Source of the DNA: Gammaproteobacteria bacterium
GTDB taxonomy: Bacteria; Pseudomonadota; Gammaproteobacteria; GCA-001735895
Assembly (NCBI GenBank): GCA_024638385.1
Contig: JAHEKJ010000231.1
Location: 71,835-135,834, forward strand
DNA length: 64,000 bases
Reading direction: 5' to 3'
Below, piece after piece: positions 19,078 through 28,822 of this stretch (position 1 is its first letter; every line of letters begins with the position of its first letter). The notes under the pieces were generated by a model. It saw only the letters and a program-made list of their open reading frames with translations, was not told the DNA's origin and did not search any database. The translations under genes and the position numbers were made by a program.

Positions 19078-19833
19078 TCAGGTCTCGCGGAAGCGGTAAC
19101 CCACCCCCCAGACGGTCTCGATATAGCGCGAGCGCGCCGGGTCCGGGTCGATCTTCTTGCGCAGGCGGTTGATGTGAGAATTGACCGTGTGTTCGTAGCC
19201 GTTGTGGCTGTAGCCCCAGACCCGGTCGAGCAGCTGCGCGCGGCTGAAGACGCGCCCCGGGTGGCGCGCGAAGCACAACAAGAGATCGAATTCGCGCGCC
19301 GTCAGCTCGACCGCCTCGCCGTCGAGAATCACCTGGCGCCCGGCGACGTCGATCTCGAGCGCATCGAGCTCGAGCCGCTCGACAGCCACCTCCGGCTGCG
19401 CGGCGCGTCCGACCCGGCGCAGGATCGCCTTGACCCGCGCCTGCAATTCGAGGATCGAGAAAGGTTTGGTCAGGTAGTCGTCGGCGCCGAGCTCGAGCCC
19501 GAGCACGCGGTCGAGTTCGGTCGACTTCGCCGTCAGCATCAGAATCGGCACGCCCGAGCTTTGTTCGCGCAGACGCCGGCAAACCTCGATACCGTCAATT
19601 CCCGGCAGCATCAGGTCGAGGACGATCAGCGCGTAGTCGCGACTGCAGGCTTGCTCGAGACCGGTAACGCCGTCACCGGCGACATCGACCTCGAAAGCGC
19701 CTTCGCGCAGGTGGATCTCGAGCAAATGGCTGATGTCGGGGTCGTCCTCGACCACGAGAATGCGTTTCGCCGCGATTCGATCCGGCGAGTTGTGTCGCCC
19801 GGTCCTGGCGCCGGTTGCGAGTGGTTGGCTCAC
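19078..19833 (-). CDS. OmpR/PhoB-family response regulator
   Basis: 251 aa. REC domain (ILVVEDDPDI, LIVLDLMLPGIDG, LTAK) plus winged-helix domain (LTAREFDLL, VWGVGYRF). Confidence 0.92.
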   Translation of the reverse strand: MSQPLATGARTGRHNSPDRIAAKRILVVEDDPDISHLLEIHLREGAFEVDVAGDGVTGLEQACSRDYALIVLDLMLPGIDGIEVCRRLREQSSGVPILMLTAKSTELDRVLGLELGADDYLTKPFSILELQARVKAILRRVGRAAQPEVAVERLELDALEIDVAGRQVILDGEAVELTAREFDLLLCFARHPGRVFSRAQLLDRVWGYSHNGYEHTVNSHINRLRKKIDPDPARSRYIETVWGVGYRFRET

Positions 19834-19882
19834 GCGTTCCTCCCTTGTCCGTTGGAGTTGGATCGCGATTCCACGGTCGAGT

Positions 19883-20665
19883 TCAACCCGGTCGGTCGAA
19901 TTGCCAACGCGCGAGCGGGTCCTGGCGGTAATAGCGACGCAACTGCGCGTAAACCGCCGGATAATGCCGAACCAGCAAATCGGGGCGCTCGAAGAAGACT
20001 TCCGACATCACGGCGAAAAACTCGGCAGGGGACTCGGCCGCGTAGCAGTCGATGCCGGTATCCTCGCCGGCATCGCAGCGACGCGCGAAGTCGTCGTAGC
20101 CCTTGCTGAGAATATCGGTCCAGGTTTTCGGGTCCATGTCCGGGTGCAGCGGCGGAAAGCCGTTGGCATCGCCGTTTTGCATGTCGAGCTTGTGCGCGAA
20201 CTCGTGGATCACCAGATTGATGCCGTCGCGCTCGCCGGCGCTGACGGCTTCGTCCCAGGCGAGCAGCACCGGGCCGCGCTCCCAGGCTTCGCCGTCGAGG
20301 TCGCGTTGCTCGATATGCTCGACGCCGAATTCATCGACGTAGACCTGGTGGGTTTCGAAGCCGGACGGGTATACGATCACGGCCGACCAGCCGTCGTATG
20401 CCTCGAGGCCGAGCTCGAGGACCGGCAGGCAGGCCTGCAGGGCGATAATCAGCGCCATCTCGCGCGTTACCGCCATGCCGTGCGCGCCCTCGAAGGCCTT
20501 GCGGTGCTGAAACAGGATCACGAGTTCCCGCAGACGACGCTGTTCATCGTCGTCGAGGCCGTCGAGCAGCGGCAAGGCGGCGAAGGCGGCGCGCCATTCC
20601 TCCGGGGTAATGTCCGAACGCGCGACCGCGCGGCGGTCCAGCCAGTTGCGAAACATTTCGATCAT
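19883..20665 (-). CDS. mtfA: MtfA-like zinc peptidase (M90 family)
   Basis: 260 aa with HEFAHKLD zinc motif and the AESPAEFFAV segment typical of MtfA. Confidence 0.8.
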   Translation of the reverse strand: MIEMFRNWLDRRAVARSDITPEEWRAAFAALPLLDGLDDDEQRRLRELVILFQHRKAFEGAHGMAVTREMALIIALQACLPVLELGLEAYDGWSAVIVYPSGFETHQVYVDEFGVEHIEQRDLDGEAWERGPVLLAWDEAVSAGERDGINLVIHEFAHKLDMQNGDANGFPPLHPDMDPKTWTDILSKGYDDFARRCDAGEDTGIDCYAAESPAEFFAVMSEVFFERPDLLVRHYPAVYAQLRRYYRQDPLARWQFDRPG

Positions 20666-20693
20666 CGATCAGCCGGGGCGCGGCGGAGCGGCA

Positions 20694-21890
20694 TCAGTCC
20701 GGCGTCGAGAAATGCGCCAGCTCCTCGAGCAAGGCATGGCTCAGGACCAGGCGGTCGCGGTACGGAAGGTCGCGCAGGAATCCGGACTGGCCGATGTGCA
20801 GCATGAATTCGTTGTAGGCGGTAAAGCCGTCGACGATGATCATCTTGCGCGAGCTGTCGGTATCGAACCGGGCCCAGTTCGACTTCAGGCCGGGCGGCAA
20901 ATCCTCGAGCGATATGATGATCTGCCGTGACGGGTCGCCGGCATCCACCAGCACGAGATTGGCCAGCCGGTGCGGGATGCCGTCGACGCAGCGCACGTCG
21001 TGCAGCTCGTAGAAGCTCGCGTAGTCGCGACCGTCGAGGCTGTAACTCAGGGTCTTGATCGAATAGATCGCGTTGCGCTCGGCGAGCACGAAGTCGAATC
21101 GCAGGCCGAGACCGGTGCCGAAGATCTTCGCGCTCAGCTGCGCGTCGGCGGCGCTGCTGACGCGGCAGCGCAACGCGTTCATGCGCGCGAGGAATTCGAC
21201 GACCGTCGCGGCGCTCTCGCCGGCGCGCTCGCTGACGAAGGCGCCGAACTCGGCAAGCCGTTCGTCGACGAACTGCGCCGGGCTGCCGACGCGAATTTCG
21301 GGCAGGACCCGATCCGAACGGTTCGACAGCTTGAGCAGCCGGCCGCCGTCGACCAGCGGCCGCGAGATGCGGCCCTCGACGACCGTCGCGTCGACGCCGG
21401 CGGGCCGGGTCAGGCGGACGACGTAGTATTCCGGCGCCTCGCCGATGATTTCGACCGGCGTCGATGCGTCCTTGGTCGCGGCGCGCGAGATCTGCGCCAG
21501 TACCTCGTCCGAGTCGAGCGCGCGGATGTTGATGTTGTAGCCGAGCGGCAACAGAATCTCGTCGTCGCCGAGCGCGGTGACGAGGTCATCGCGGATATAG
21601 CCGGCAAAGCCGATGTTCGAGCGCACCCGCAGGTAATTTTCGTAAACGTCGTCGGAGTAATTGAATATTCGCGTCTTTGGCGCGGACGCGTCGTAGCTGA
21701 CCACGGTGCCGATCGGCAGATAACCGATCCGCGGCCGGCGCGCGTTGCGATTGCCCGCAGGCGCCTCGCCGAGCAGGACCGCGCCGAAATGCACGTAGGC
21801 CTGCGCGGTTTCGGCTTGCGCGGCGACAAACGCACCGGGCACCAGCAGCAGGGCCAGTAATACCCTTCGCATCGTCCCGGATGAAATCAT
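20694..21890 (-). CDS. Hypothetical secreted protein
   Basis: 398-aa ORF with signal peptide (MRRVLLALLLVPGAFVAAQA; likely start ATG at 21872). No family recognised. Its stop is 28 nt upstream of the mtfA start. Confidence 0.5.
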   Translation of the reverse strand: MISSGTMRRVLLALLLVPGAFVAAQAETAQAYVHFGAVLLGEAPAGNRNARRPRIGYLPIGTVVSYDASAPKTRIFNYSDDVYENYLRVRSNIGFAGYIRDDLVTALGDDEILLPLGYNINIRALDSDEVLAQISRAATKDASTPVEIIGEAPEYYVVRLTRPAGVDATVVEGRISRPLVDGGRLLKLSNRSDRVLPEIRVGSPAQFVDERLAEFGAFVSERAGESAATVVEFLARMNALRCRVSSAADAQLSAKIFGTGLGLRFDFVLAERNAIYSIKTLSYSLDGRDYASFYELHDVRCVDGIPHRLANLVLVDAGDPSRQIIISLEDLPPGLKSNWARFDTDSSRKMIIVDGFTAYNEFMLHIGQSGFLRDLPYRDRLVLSHALLEELAHFSTPD

Positions 21891-22046
21891 GCGCGCCTCG
21901 CAGTTGGAATCGCCAGATTGTGTTGCAAAGCCGAACCAGGCGCAACCGCGCCCGGAATAGCGGCGCCGCTACGCCGGGATGACGCAGCCCGGTTGCCGAA
22001 TCGAGCCCTCTTCGCGGGGACTCTCAGCGCGTAAGGTCCCGCCGGT

Positions 22047-22811
22047 TCAGCCCCTGCCCGCGCGGGCGAGGAACGCGCCCGCGCCGACGCCGACGAGCCG
22101 CGGCAGGTGCGTGTAAACGTAGAGCGCGCCCGATCCCAGCACCGAATCGACGTTGTCGGCCGTGGCCGGCAGACCCGGAATCTTGCCGGCGGCGACGATC
22201 TTGCGCAAGGTTTGCTCGATCGCTGCGGCAACCGGCTCGGCCTTCGGGTCGCCCGGGTAGCCCATCGACTGCGACAGGTCCGATGGGCCGATGAAGAAGA
22301 CGTCGATGCCGTCGACCGCGAGGATTTCGTCGACCCGCTCGATCGCGGCGGCGTGCTCGAGCTGCACGCAGACCAGCGTCTCCACGTTGCTGCGCTCGAC
22401 GTAGTCGCGCATCGATCCCGCCAGGCCGTAATCGCCCGGCCGCGTGCCGGCGGCCAGCCCGCGGTTGTCGCCGGGGCCGAACTTGACCGCGGCGACCACG
22501 GCGCGCGCGTCGGCGGCGCTGTTGACGTGCGGCACCTGCACGCCCATCGCGCCGCGATCCATGACGCTTGAAACATCCGATTTCGCATTGCTGCGCGGCC
22601 GCGCGATCGGAGTCACGCCAGCGGCTTCGGCGGCCATGATCATCAGTTCGGCGGTTTCCAGGTCGATCGTGCCGTGCTCGAGGTCGAGCAGCACCCAGTC
22701 GAATCCGGCATGGCCGACCATTTCGACCATCTGTGGCGACGGCACCATGATCGAGCAACCGAGCGCTGCCTCGCCGGCGTAGAGCTTGCGTTTCATGCGA
22801 TTCGGATTCAT
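22047..22811 (-). CDS. HpcH/HpaI-family aldolase
   Basis: 254 aa. Pattern: GFDWVLLDLEHG, VQLEHAAAI, IDVFFIGPSDLS. Confidence 0.85.
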   Translation of the reverse strand: MNPNRMKRKLYAGEAALGCSIMVPSPQMVEMVGHAGFDWVLLDLEHGTIDLETAELMIMAAEAAGVTPIARPRSNAKSDVSSVMDRGAMGVQVPHVNSAADARAVVAAVKFGPGDNRGLAAGTRPGDYGLAGSMRDYVERSNVETLVCVQLEHAAAIERVDEILAVDGIDVFFIGPSDLSQSMGYPGDPKAEPVAAAIEQTLRKIVAAGKIPGLPATADNVDSVLGSGALYVYTHLPRLVGVGAGAFLARAGRG

Positions 22812-23698
22812 TTCTGCGACTCCCGCGATATTCGCCCGAGCAGCCGGGTGACGACCTCGCCCATGTCGTCCGGCCTGGCGGCGAATTCCGCGCTCAGATC
22901 GTACCGCGTCGAACGTTCGAACAGGCGAAGGGTCGCATCGGTCATGACCGGGTCGACCCCCAGCTCGGCGAGCAATTCCCGTACCTGGACCATTTCATGG
23001 TAACGCCGGTCGTGCGCAAGTGCATGCGAGCAGACCCAGTTGCGCGCGACCGGCTCGAACCCGTCACCGGCCATCAGCGCGGTGACTTCGTGCCACAACT
23101 CGTCGCGCAGGCCGGCGCGCTCGCCGGCGAGCAGGAATTCGAGCAACAACGCCTCGAGTCCCTTCGAGAAAACGCTGCGCAGCAGCTTGAAGGTCGACGC
23201 GCGCCCGATCTCGGGGCCGTAGTCGACCGCGTCGAGACCGTATTCGTTGAGCCGCAGCGCCAGTTCGCCGGCGCGCGCGCCGCCGAGCAGTATTTGCGTG
23301 CGCGCGCCGCTGACGCCGATCGCGCCGAGAATCGCGCCTTCGACAAATCCGGCGCCGCTGGGCGCGACCAGTTCGGCGAGCTCGCGCTTGACCGCCGGCG
23401 CGGTCGAATTCAGGTCGCAGTAGACCTGGCCGGATTTCAGGCAGGGCAGACAGGCGCGCGCCGCGTCGCGCGCGGCCGTCGTGGTTACCGTGGACAGGAT
23501 GATTTCGGTCGCGTCGAGCAACGCCGGCAAGCGGCGGAAATCGATCTCCGGATATGCGGCGTTGCGTGCCGCGAGGCTTGCATCGTCGTCGGCGTCCCAC
23601 AGGCGGTCGTAGCACGACACCGCCGCGCCGGCCGCGGCCAGCGCGGCGGCGAAAGTCGAGCCGGCTTCGCCAAACCCCAGGACACCGATGTGGGTCAT
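22808..23698 (-). CDS. NAD(P)-dependent oxidoreductase (6-phosphogluconate dehydrogenase-like)
   Basis: Start taken at MTHIGVLGFGEAGSTF (Rossmann GxGxxG), ATG at 23698. The longer track ORF has an implausible leader. 4-nt overlap with the aldolase start. Confidence 0.7.
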   Translation of the reverse strand: MTHIGVLGFGEAGSTFAAALAAAGAAVSCYDRLWDADDDASLAARNAAYPEIDFRRLPALLDATEIILSTVTTTAARDAARACLPCLKSGQVYCDLNSTAPAVKRELAELVAPSGAGFVEGAILGAIGVSGARTQILLGGARAGELALRLNEYGLDAVDYGPEIGRASTFKLLRSVFSKGLEALLLEFLLAGERAGLRDELWHEVTALMAGDGFEPVARNWVCSHALAHDRRYHEMVQVRELLAELGVDPVMTDATLRLFERSTRYDLSAEFAARPDDMGEVVTRLLGRISRESQK

Positions 23699-23814
23699 GC
23701 TATCGATCCGGGTTCCCCCGCGAGTCGAACCGATTCCGAGCATAAAAGCCGGACCGCGCGAAGTCCATACGGGCTGCCGGATCGGCGCGGAATCCGGCAA
23801 ATGCCGCGACCAAA

Positions 23815-24528
23815 TCAGACCTTGTCACCGAGGAACACGCGTCTGACTTCGTCGCTGTCGATGAGCGCTTCGGAGTCGCCCGACACGACGAGCTTGCCGC
23901 TTTCGAGCACGTAGCCGCGGTCGGCCATCGACAGCGCGAGACGAACGTTCTGCTCGACGAACAGGATCGAGATGCCTTCGGCGACGACGTTTTTGAAGAT
24001 GCCGATGAGATCCCTGACCACCATCGGCGACAGGCCGAGAAACGGCTCGTCGACCATCAGCAGCCGCGGCAATCCCATCAGCCCGCGCGCGATCGCGAGC
24101 ATCTGCTGCTCGCCGCCCGACATCGTGTGCGCGAGCTGGTCCGCGCGCGTCTCGAGTTTGGGGAAGATGCCGTAGACCTTTTTCAGCGACTCCGCGCGCG
24201 CGGCTTTCGCCTTGTCGTGCCAGGCGCCGAGCAGCAGGTTTTGCAACACGGTCAGGTGCGGGAACACGCGCCGGCGTTCGAGCACGTGGGCGATGCCGAT
24301 GCCGGTGCGTTTGAAGGTCGGCTCGTCGCCGATCGGCGTGCCTTCGAACGCGATCTCGCCGTTGCGATGCGGTACGAGGTTGCTGATCGTGTTCAGGATC
24401 GTGCTCTTGCCGGAGCCGTTCGGCCCGAGCAGCGCGACCATCTCGCCGTCGCCGACCTCGAGCGACACGTCCCAGATGACCTGGAAATCGCCGTAGAGCA
24501 CGTCGATATTCCTGATCTCAAGCAACAT
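23815..24528 (-). CDS. livF: Branched-chain amino acid ABC transporter ATP-binding protein (LivF-like)
   Basis: Start taken at MLLEIRNIDVLYG (ATG 24528). Walker A GPNGSGKST, signature SGGEQQM, Walker B LLMVDEP. Confidence 0.9.
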   Translation of the reverse strand: MLLEIRNIDVLYGDFQVIWDVSLEVGDGEMVALLGPNGSGKSTILNTISNLVPHRNGEIAFEGTPIGDEPTFKRTGIGIAHVLERRRVFPHLTVLQNLLLGAWHDKAKAARAESLKKVYGIFPKLETRADQLAHTMSGGEQQMLAIARGLMGLPRLLMVDEPFLGLSPMVVRDLIGIFKNVVAEGISILFVEQNVRLALSMADRGYVLESGKLVVSGDSEALIDSDEVRRVFLGDKV

Positions 24529-25240
24529 CGACGGTACCGAGATAGGCGTCGATGACGAGCTGGTCGTTCTGGATCTCGCGCGGCGGGCCGAAGGCGATGC
24601 GCCGGCCCTGGTCGAGCGCGAGGATGTGGTCGGAGACATCCATGATGATGTTGATGTTGTGTTCGATCGTCGCGATCGTGACGCCGGCGTCGCGCATCTT
24701 CTTGATCAGCGCGACCAGCCCGGGAATCGTCTTCTGGTCGACGCCGCCGGTGACCTCGTCCATCAGCAGCAGGCGCGGCTCGATCGCCATCGCGCGCGCG
24801 AGCTCGAGGCGCTTGCGCTGCCCGGTCGACAGCTCGCGCGCGAAGTGATGACGTTTCTCGAGCAGGTCGACGAACTCGAGAATCTCGAGCGCCTTGTCGC
24901 GCGCGTGACGGATGTCGGGCTCGTGGGCGAACGCGCCGATCATGACGTTTTCGAGCAGCGTCAGGTCGGCGAACGGCTTGAGTTTCTGGAAGGTGCGGCC
25001 GACGCCGAGCCGGCTGATGACGTCGGGCCGCTGGCCGAAGATTTCGCGGCCGTCGAAGACGACGCTGCCCGAATCGGGCCGCGTGAAGCCGGTAATCAGG
25101 TCGAACAGGGTCGACTTGCCGGCGCCGTTCGGGCCGATGATGCCGAGGATTTCGCCGGCCTGGATCTCGAACGAGATGTCTTCGTTGGCGTGGATGCCGC
25201 CGAAGGCCTTGCTCAGATTTTCGACTTTGAGGATCGTCAT
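24518..25240 (-). CDS. livG: Branched-chain amino acid ABC transporter ATP-binding protein (LivG-like)
   Basis: Start taken at MTILKVENLSKAFGG (ATG 25240). Walker A GPNGAGKST, signature STGQRKRL, Walker B LLLMDEV. The 518-aa track ORF is an upstream extension artefact. Confidence 0.9.
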   Translation of the reverse strand: MTILKVENLSKAFGGIHANEDISFEIQAGEILGIIGPNGAGKSTLFDLITGFTRPDSGSVVFDGREIFGQRPDVISRLGVGRTFQKLKPFADLTLLENVMIGAFAHEPDIRHARDKALEILEFVDLLEKRHHFARELSTGQRKRLELARAMAIEPRLLLMDEVTGGVDQKTIPGLVALIKKMRDAGVTIATIEHNINIIMDVSDHILALDQGRRIAFGPPREIQNDQLVIDAYLGTVDVA

Positions 25241-26250
25241 CGCTGGCGCTCGCGTTCGAGCACGTGCTTCGGGAACAGCGAGATCAGCCCGGCCGGGCGG
25301 AAGATGCAGATCAGCATCAGGATCAGGCCGTAGAGGATCAGGTCCTCGGCGCCGCCGGTGCCGCCGAGGTAGATGCGCGAGTATTCCGAGATCGGGATCA
25401 GGATCGCGACGCCGAGCAGCGGCCCCCAGATCGTGCCGATGCCGCCGAGCACGGTCATCAGCAGCACCAGGATCGAGATCTCGAGGTTGAACATGCGCTC
25501 CGGGTCGACGATCAATATGTATTGCGCGAACAGGCTGCCCATCGGCGCCATGATCACGGCCGAGATCGCGTAGGCGATGATCTTGTGGTTGGCCACGTTG
25601 ATGCCGAGGCTTTGCGCGGCCTGCGGGTCGTCGCGCACCGCGCGCAGGCGAAAGCCGAGCTTGGAGCGGCCGAGACGCCAGACGACGACGTAGCTCACGA
25701 CGAAAAACGCGAAGAAGACATAGTAGTAGGGCGCCTTGCTGTCGTGGAACTGCAGTGCCGACCACGAGCTTTCCTCGGTCAGCGGCACCCACAGTCCCGA
25801 CGCCGCGCCGACGTATTCCCAGCGCTGGAACACGACCTGGCAGCCGATTCCGATCAGCAGCGTCGCGATCGCGAAGTAGTGGCCCGACAGGCGCAGCATC
25901 GGGATGCCGATCAGCACCGCGACGACCGCGCAGATCGCCATGCCGACGACGATGCCGAGCCATGGCGTGATGCCGTAGTTGACGTACAGCACCGAGCTCG
26001 CGTAGGCGCCGATGCCGAAGAACATGCCGTGGCCGAGGCTGATCTGGCCCGATAGCCCGGCGATCACGTTCCACGCCTGCGACATGACCGCGTACATGAA
26101 GATCAGGATCATCAGGTGCAGGTAGAACGGCCCCGGGCCGAGCAGCGGGAAGCCGACGAGAAACAGCGCGAGCGCCGCGAGCAGCGCGATGATCCGGTTG
26201 TTGACGTGCCAGACCGGTTCGGCGCGGGCGGTATCGAGCGCGTTGCTCAT
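25237..26250 (-). CDS. livM: Branched-chain amino acid ABC transporter permease (LivM-like)
   Basis: Start taken at MSNALDTARAE (ATG 26250), which overlaps the livH stop as ATGA. Polytopic; GQISLGHGMFFGIGAY motif. Confidence 0.85.
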   Translation of the reverse strand: MSNALDTARAEPVWHVNNRIIALLAALALFLVGFPLLGPGPFYLHLMILIFMYAVMSQAWNVIAGLSGQISLGHGMFFGIGAYASSVLYVNYGITPWLGIVVGMAICAVVAVLIGIPMLRLSGHYFAIATLLIGIGCQVVFQRWEYVGAASGLWVPLTEESSWSALQFHDSKAPYYYVFFAFFVVSYVVVWRLGRSKLGFRLRAVRDDPQAAQSLGINVANHKIIAYAISAVIMAPMGSLFAQYILIVDPERMFNLEISILVLLMTVLGGIGTIWGPLLGVAILIPISEYSRIYLGGTGGAEDLILYGLILMLICIFRPAGLISLFPKHVLERERQR

Positions 26251-27116
26251 CAATACCTCCCGAACAGGCCCTGCGGCCGGTAGATGACGACCAGCAGGTA
26301 GATCGCGAACACGTACAGGAGCTTGTACGACGGGTCGATCAGCAGCCCGCCGAGCGCCTCGACGAGGCCGATGATGATTCCGGCATAGAGGCAACCGATC
26401 ACGCTGCCGAAACCGCCGAGCGCCACCGCGACGAACGCGAACAGCGCGAAATTGACGCCGACGTCGGTGAAGATGAAGAAATAGTTCGACATCATTGCGC
26501 CGGCGACGCCGACGCAGCCCAGCCCGATGGCCCAGCCGAGCGCGAACATGCGGTCCGACGGGATGCCGAGGATCTCGGCGGCCTGGCGATCCTGCGCGGT
26601 CGCCTGCAGCGCGAGCCCGGTCTCGGTGCGGGTCACGAACAGGTAGAGCCCGGCGAACGCCAGCAGGCAGACGAGCCCGGCGGCGAGCTGCGGCTGGCCG
26701 ATGAACAGCGGCCCGAGCTCGATGCGGCCCTCGAGCAGCGGCTCGTCGACGGTGCGAAAATCCGGCGTCCACAGCAGTTGCGCAATCGAGCGCAGGAAGA
26801 TCGACAGGCCGAAGGTCGCGCAGATCTGGATCAGCATCTTGGCGTGCAGGATGTAGCGGATCAGCAGGTAGTGCGTCGCGATTCCGCACAGCGCCATCAT
26901 CGCGACCGTGATCGGCAGCGATACGACCGGATCGAGGCCGAACAGCGACCACAGCCAGAACGACGAGAACATCGACAGCATCAGGTGCTCGCCGTGGGCG
27001 AAATTGACGATTTCCATCAGGCCGAAGATCAGCGACAGGCCGGCCGCGATCAGCGCGTAGATCAGCCCGATCAGCAGACCGCCGACGATCGCCTGCAGGA
27101 TGATGTCGAAAGTCAT
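26250..27116 (-). CDS. livH: Branched-chain amino acid ABC transporter permease (LivH-like)
   Basis: 288 aa, polytopic. Pattern: GLIYALIAAGLSLIFGLMEIVNFAHGE. Confidence 0.9.
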   Translation of the reverse strand: MTFDIILQAIVGGLLIGLIYALIAAGLSLIFGLMEIVNFAHGEHLMLSMFSSFWLWSLFGLDPVVSLPITVAMMALCGIATHYLLIRYILHAKMLIQICATFGLSIFLRSIAQLLWTPDFRTVDEPLLEGRIELGPLFIGQPQLAAGLVCLLAFAGLYLFVTRTETGLALQATAQDRQAAEILGIPSDRMFALGWAIGLGCVGVAGAMMSNYFFIFTDVGVNFALFAFVAVALGGFGSVIGCLYAGIIIGLVEALGGLLIDPSYKLLYVFAIYLLVVIYRPQGLFGRY

Positions 27117-27268
27117 GTCCTCGCGCTGCCCGGCGTCGGCTTGTCAACCACCTGATCCTCCTCGACATTTATTGCCGCTGCCGATCGAACCTCGGCGCGG
27201 CATGGCTATGTTATGATTGTCGGCCGGTTAATCAGACCAACCGCAGCTTAACGCAAAGGGGGCGTAAA

Positions 27269-28519
27269 ATGAAAAAGATAATCCTTCCAATTCTCTCGCT
27301 ACTCGCCGGATTCGGTGCGGCGCACGCGGCCGAGACCGTCAAGATCGGCGTGCTCTACCCGCTGACCGGGCCGGTCGCCCAGGTCGGCAAGGACGCCGTC
27401 GCCGCGGTCGAGACCGCGCTCGACATCATCAACAACAGCCATGACATCGACATGCCGCTGGCCAGGAGCGCCGGCCTGCCGGGCCTCGGCGGCGCCAGGA
27501 TCGAGATCGTCGTCGGCGATCACGGCGGCAAGCCGGAAGTCGGCGTCGGCGAGACCGAGAAGATGATCAACAACGACAAGGTGCACGCGATGTTCGGCGC
27601 CTACTATTCGTCGGTGACCGGCGCCGCCAGCCAGGTCGCCGAGCGCGCGCGCATCCCGTGGGTCAACGGCGAGTCGACGTCGCCGCAGCTGACCACCCGC
27701 GGCTTCAAGTACTTCTTCCGCGTGACCCCGCACGACGGCGAATTCACGCAGCTGATGTTCGAGTTCATGGAAGACTTCAACAGGAAAAACGATAATCGGC
27801 TCAAGACCATCGGCATCATCCACGAAGACACGCTGTGGGGCTCCGACAGCGGCGGCACGCAGGACAAGATGGCGAAGCAAAAGGGTTACGAGGTGATCGA
27901 GAAGATCAGCTACAAGGCCAAGACGACGACGCTGAACTCGGAGATCCAGCGGCTCAAGGCGAAGGACGCCGACGTTCTGATGCCGTCGTCGTACACCTCC
28001 GACGCGCTGCTGTTCCTCAACACCGCCAAGGAACTCGACTACAACCCGAAACTGCTGGTCGCGCAAAACGCCGGCTACACCGATCCGAAGTTTCTCGAGA
28101 CCATGGGCAGCAAGGCCGAGGGCATCATCACGCGTTCGCCGTTCAACACCGACCTGGCGAAGACGATCCCGCTGATCGGCCGGGTCAACGACATCTTCAA
28201 GACGCATTCCGGCGGTCGCGACCTGTCCGACGTGCCGGCGCGCGCTTTCACCGGCTTCATGGCGCTGGCCAACGCGATCAACAACGCCGGCTCGACCGAC
28301 CCGAAGAAGATCCAGAAAGCGCTGCAAAAGCTCGACATGGGGCCGGAATCGCTGATCGTGCCCTACCGCGGCATCAAGTTCGGCAAGGACGGGCAGAACG
28401 AAAAGACCCGCGGCATCCTGATGCAGGTGCAAAACGGCAATTACTGCACGGTCTACCCGTTCGAACTCGCCGCCTGCGAGCTGGTCTACCCGATGCCGCG
28501 CTGGTCGCAGAAGAACTGA
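27269..28519 (+). CDS. ABC transporter substrate-binding protein (LivJ/K-type, Peripla_BP_6)
   Basis: 416 aa with signal peptide MKKIILPILSLLAGFGAAHA. ETVKIGVLYPLTGPVAQVGKD is typical of this SBP family. Divergent from the livHMGF genes. Confidence 0.85.
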   Translation: MKKIILPILSLLAGFGAAHAAETVKIGVLYPLTGPVAQVGKDAVAAVETALDIINNSHDIDMPLARSAGLPGLGGARIEIVVGDHGGKPEVGVGETEKMINNDKVHAMFGAYYSSVTGAASQVAERARIPWVNGESTSPQLTTRGFKYFFRVTPHDGEFTQLMFEFMEDFNRKNDNRLKTIGIIHEDTLWGSDSGGTQDKMAKQKGYEVIEKISYKAKTTTLNSEIQRLKAKDADVLMPSSYTSDALLFLNTAKELDYNPKLLVAQNAGYTDPKFLETMGSKAEGIITRSPFNTDLAKTIPLIGRVNDIFKTHSGGRDLSDVPARAFTGFMALANAINNAGSTDPKKIQKALQKLDMGPESLIVPYRGIKFGKDGQNEKTRGILMQVQNGNYCTVYPFELAACELVYPMPRWSQKN

Positions 28520-28588
28520 CGCGCAGCGCGCAGAATCGAAAAGACCGGGTTCGACCCGAATGGCGCTTGGCTTAAACCCCTAAAACAG

Positions 28589-28680
28589 CGTCATTGCGAG
28601 CTGCGCAGCGGCGAAGCAATCTCCCGAGATCGGGCAGGGCCGAGGAGATTGCTTCGTCGCTACCGCTCCTCGCAATGACG
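28589..28680. repeat. Imperfect ~36-bp inverted repeat (REP-like palindromic element of the gtcattgcgag...gaagcaatctcc type)
   Basis: Left arm cgtcattgcgag-ctgcgcagcg-gcgaagcaatctcc. Right arm ggagattgcttcgtc-gctaccgctc-ctcgcaatgacg. The outer 12 bp and inner ~14 bp are complementary; a 19-nt loop separates them. Confidence 0.7.
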
Positions 28681-28822
28681 CGTCGTTGTCGGCTCGCGCC
28701 TCCTCGCAATGACGCGTCGTTGTCGGCTCGCGCCTCCTCGCAATGACGCGTCGTTGTCGGCTCGCGCCTCCTCGCAATGACGCGTCGTTGTCGGCTGGCG
28801 TTTCCTCGCAATGACGCGGCGC
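28668..28822. repeat. Tandem array of about 4.5 copies of a 34-bp unit (cctcgcaatgacgcgtcgttgtcggctcgcg...)
   Basis: The core cctcgcaatgacg recurs at 28668, 28702, 28736, 28770 and 28804, an exact 34-bp period. Copies 1-3 are identical, copy 4 has 1-2 changes, and copy 5 is truncated. Copies abut with no unique spacers. Confidence 0.85.

Noticed and set aside
24518-27168. 518-aa and 643-aa track ORFs for the LIV ATPase and permease
   Set aside because: Their N-terminal halves are Arg/Pro-rich extensions overlapping the upstream genes. Internal ATG starts (25240 and 26250) give canonical LivG/LivM lengths and ATGA-type coupling.
28668-28822. Possible CRISPR array
   Set aside because: The repeats are directly adjacent with no unique spacers, the array is short, and no cas genes are nearby. 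Called a tandem repeat.
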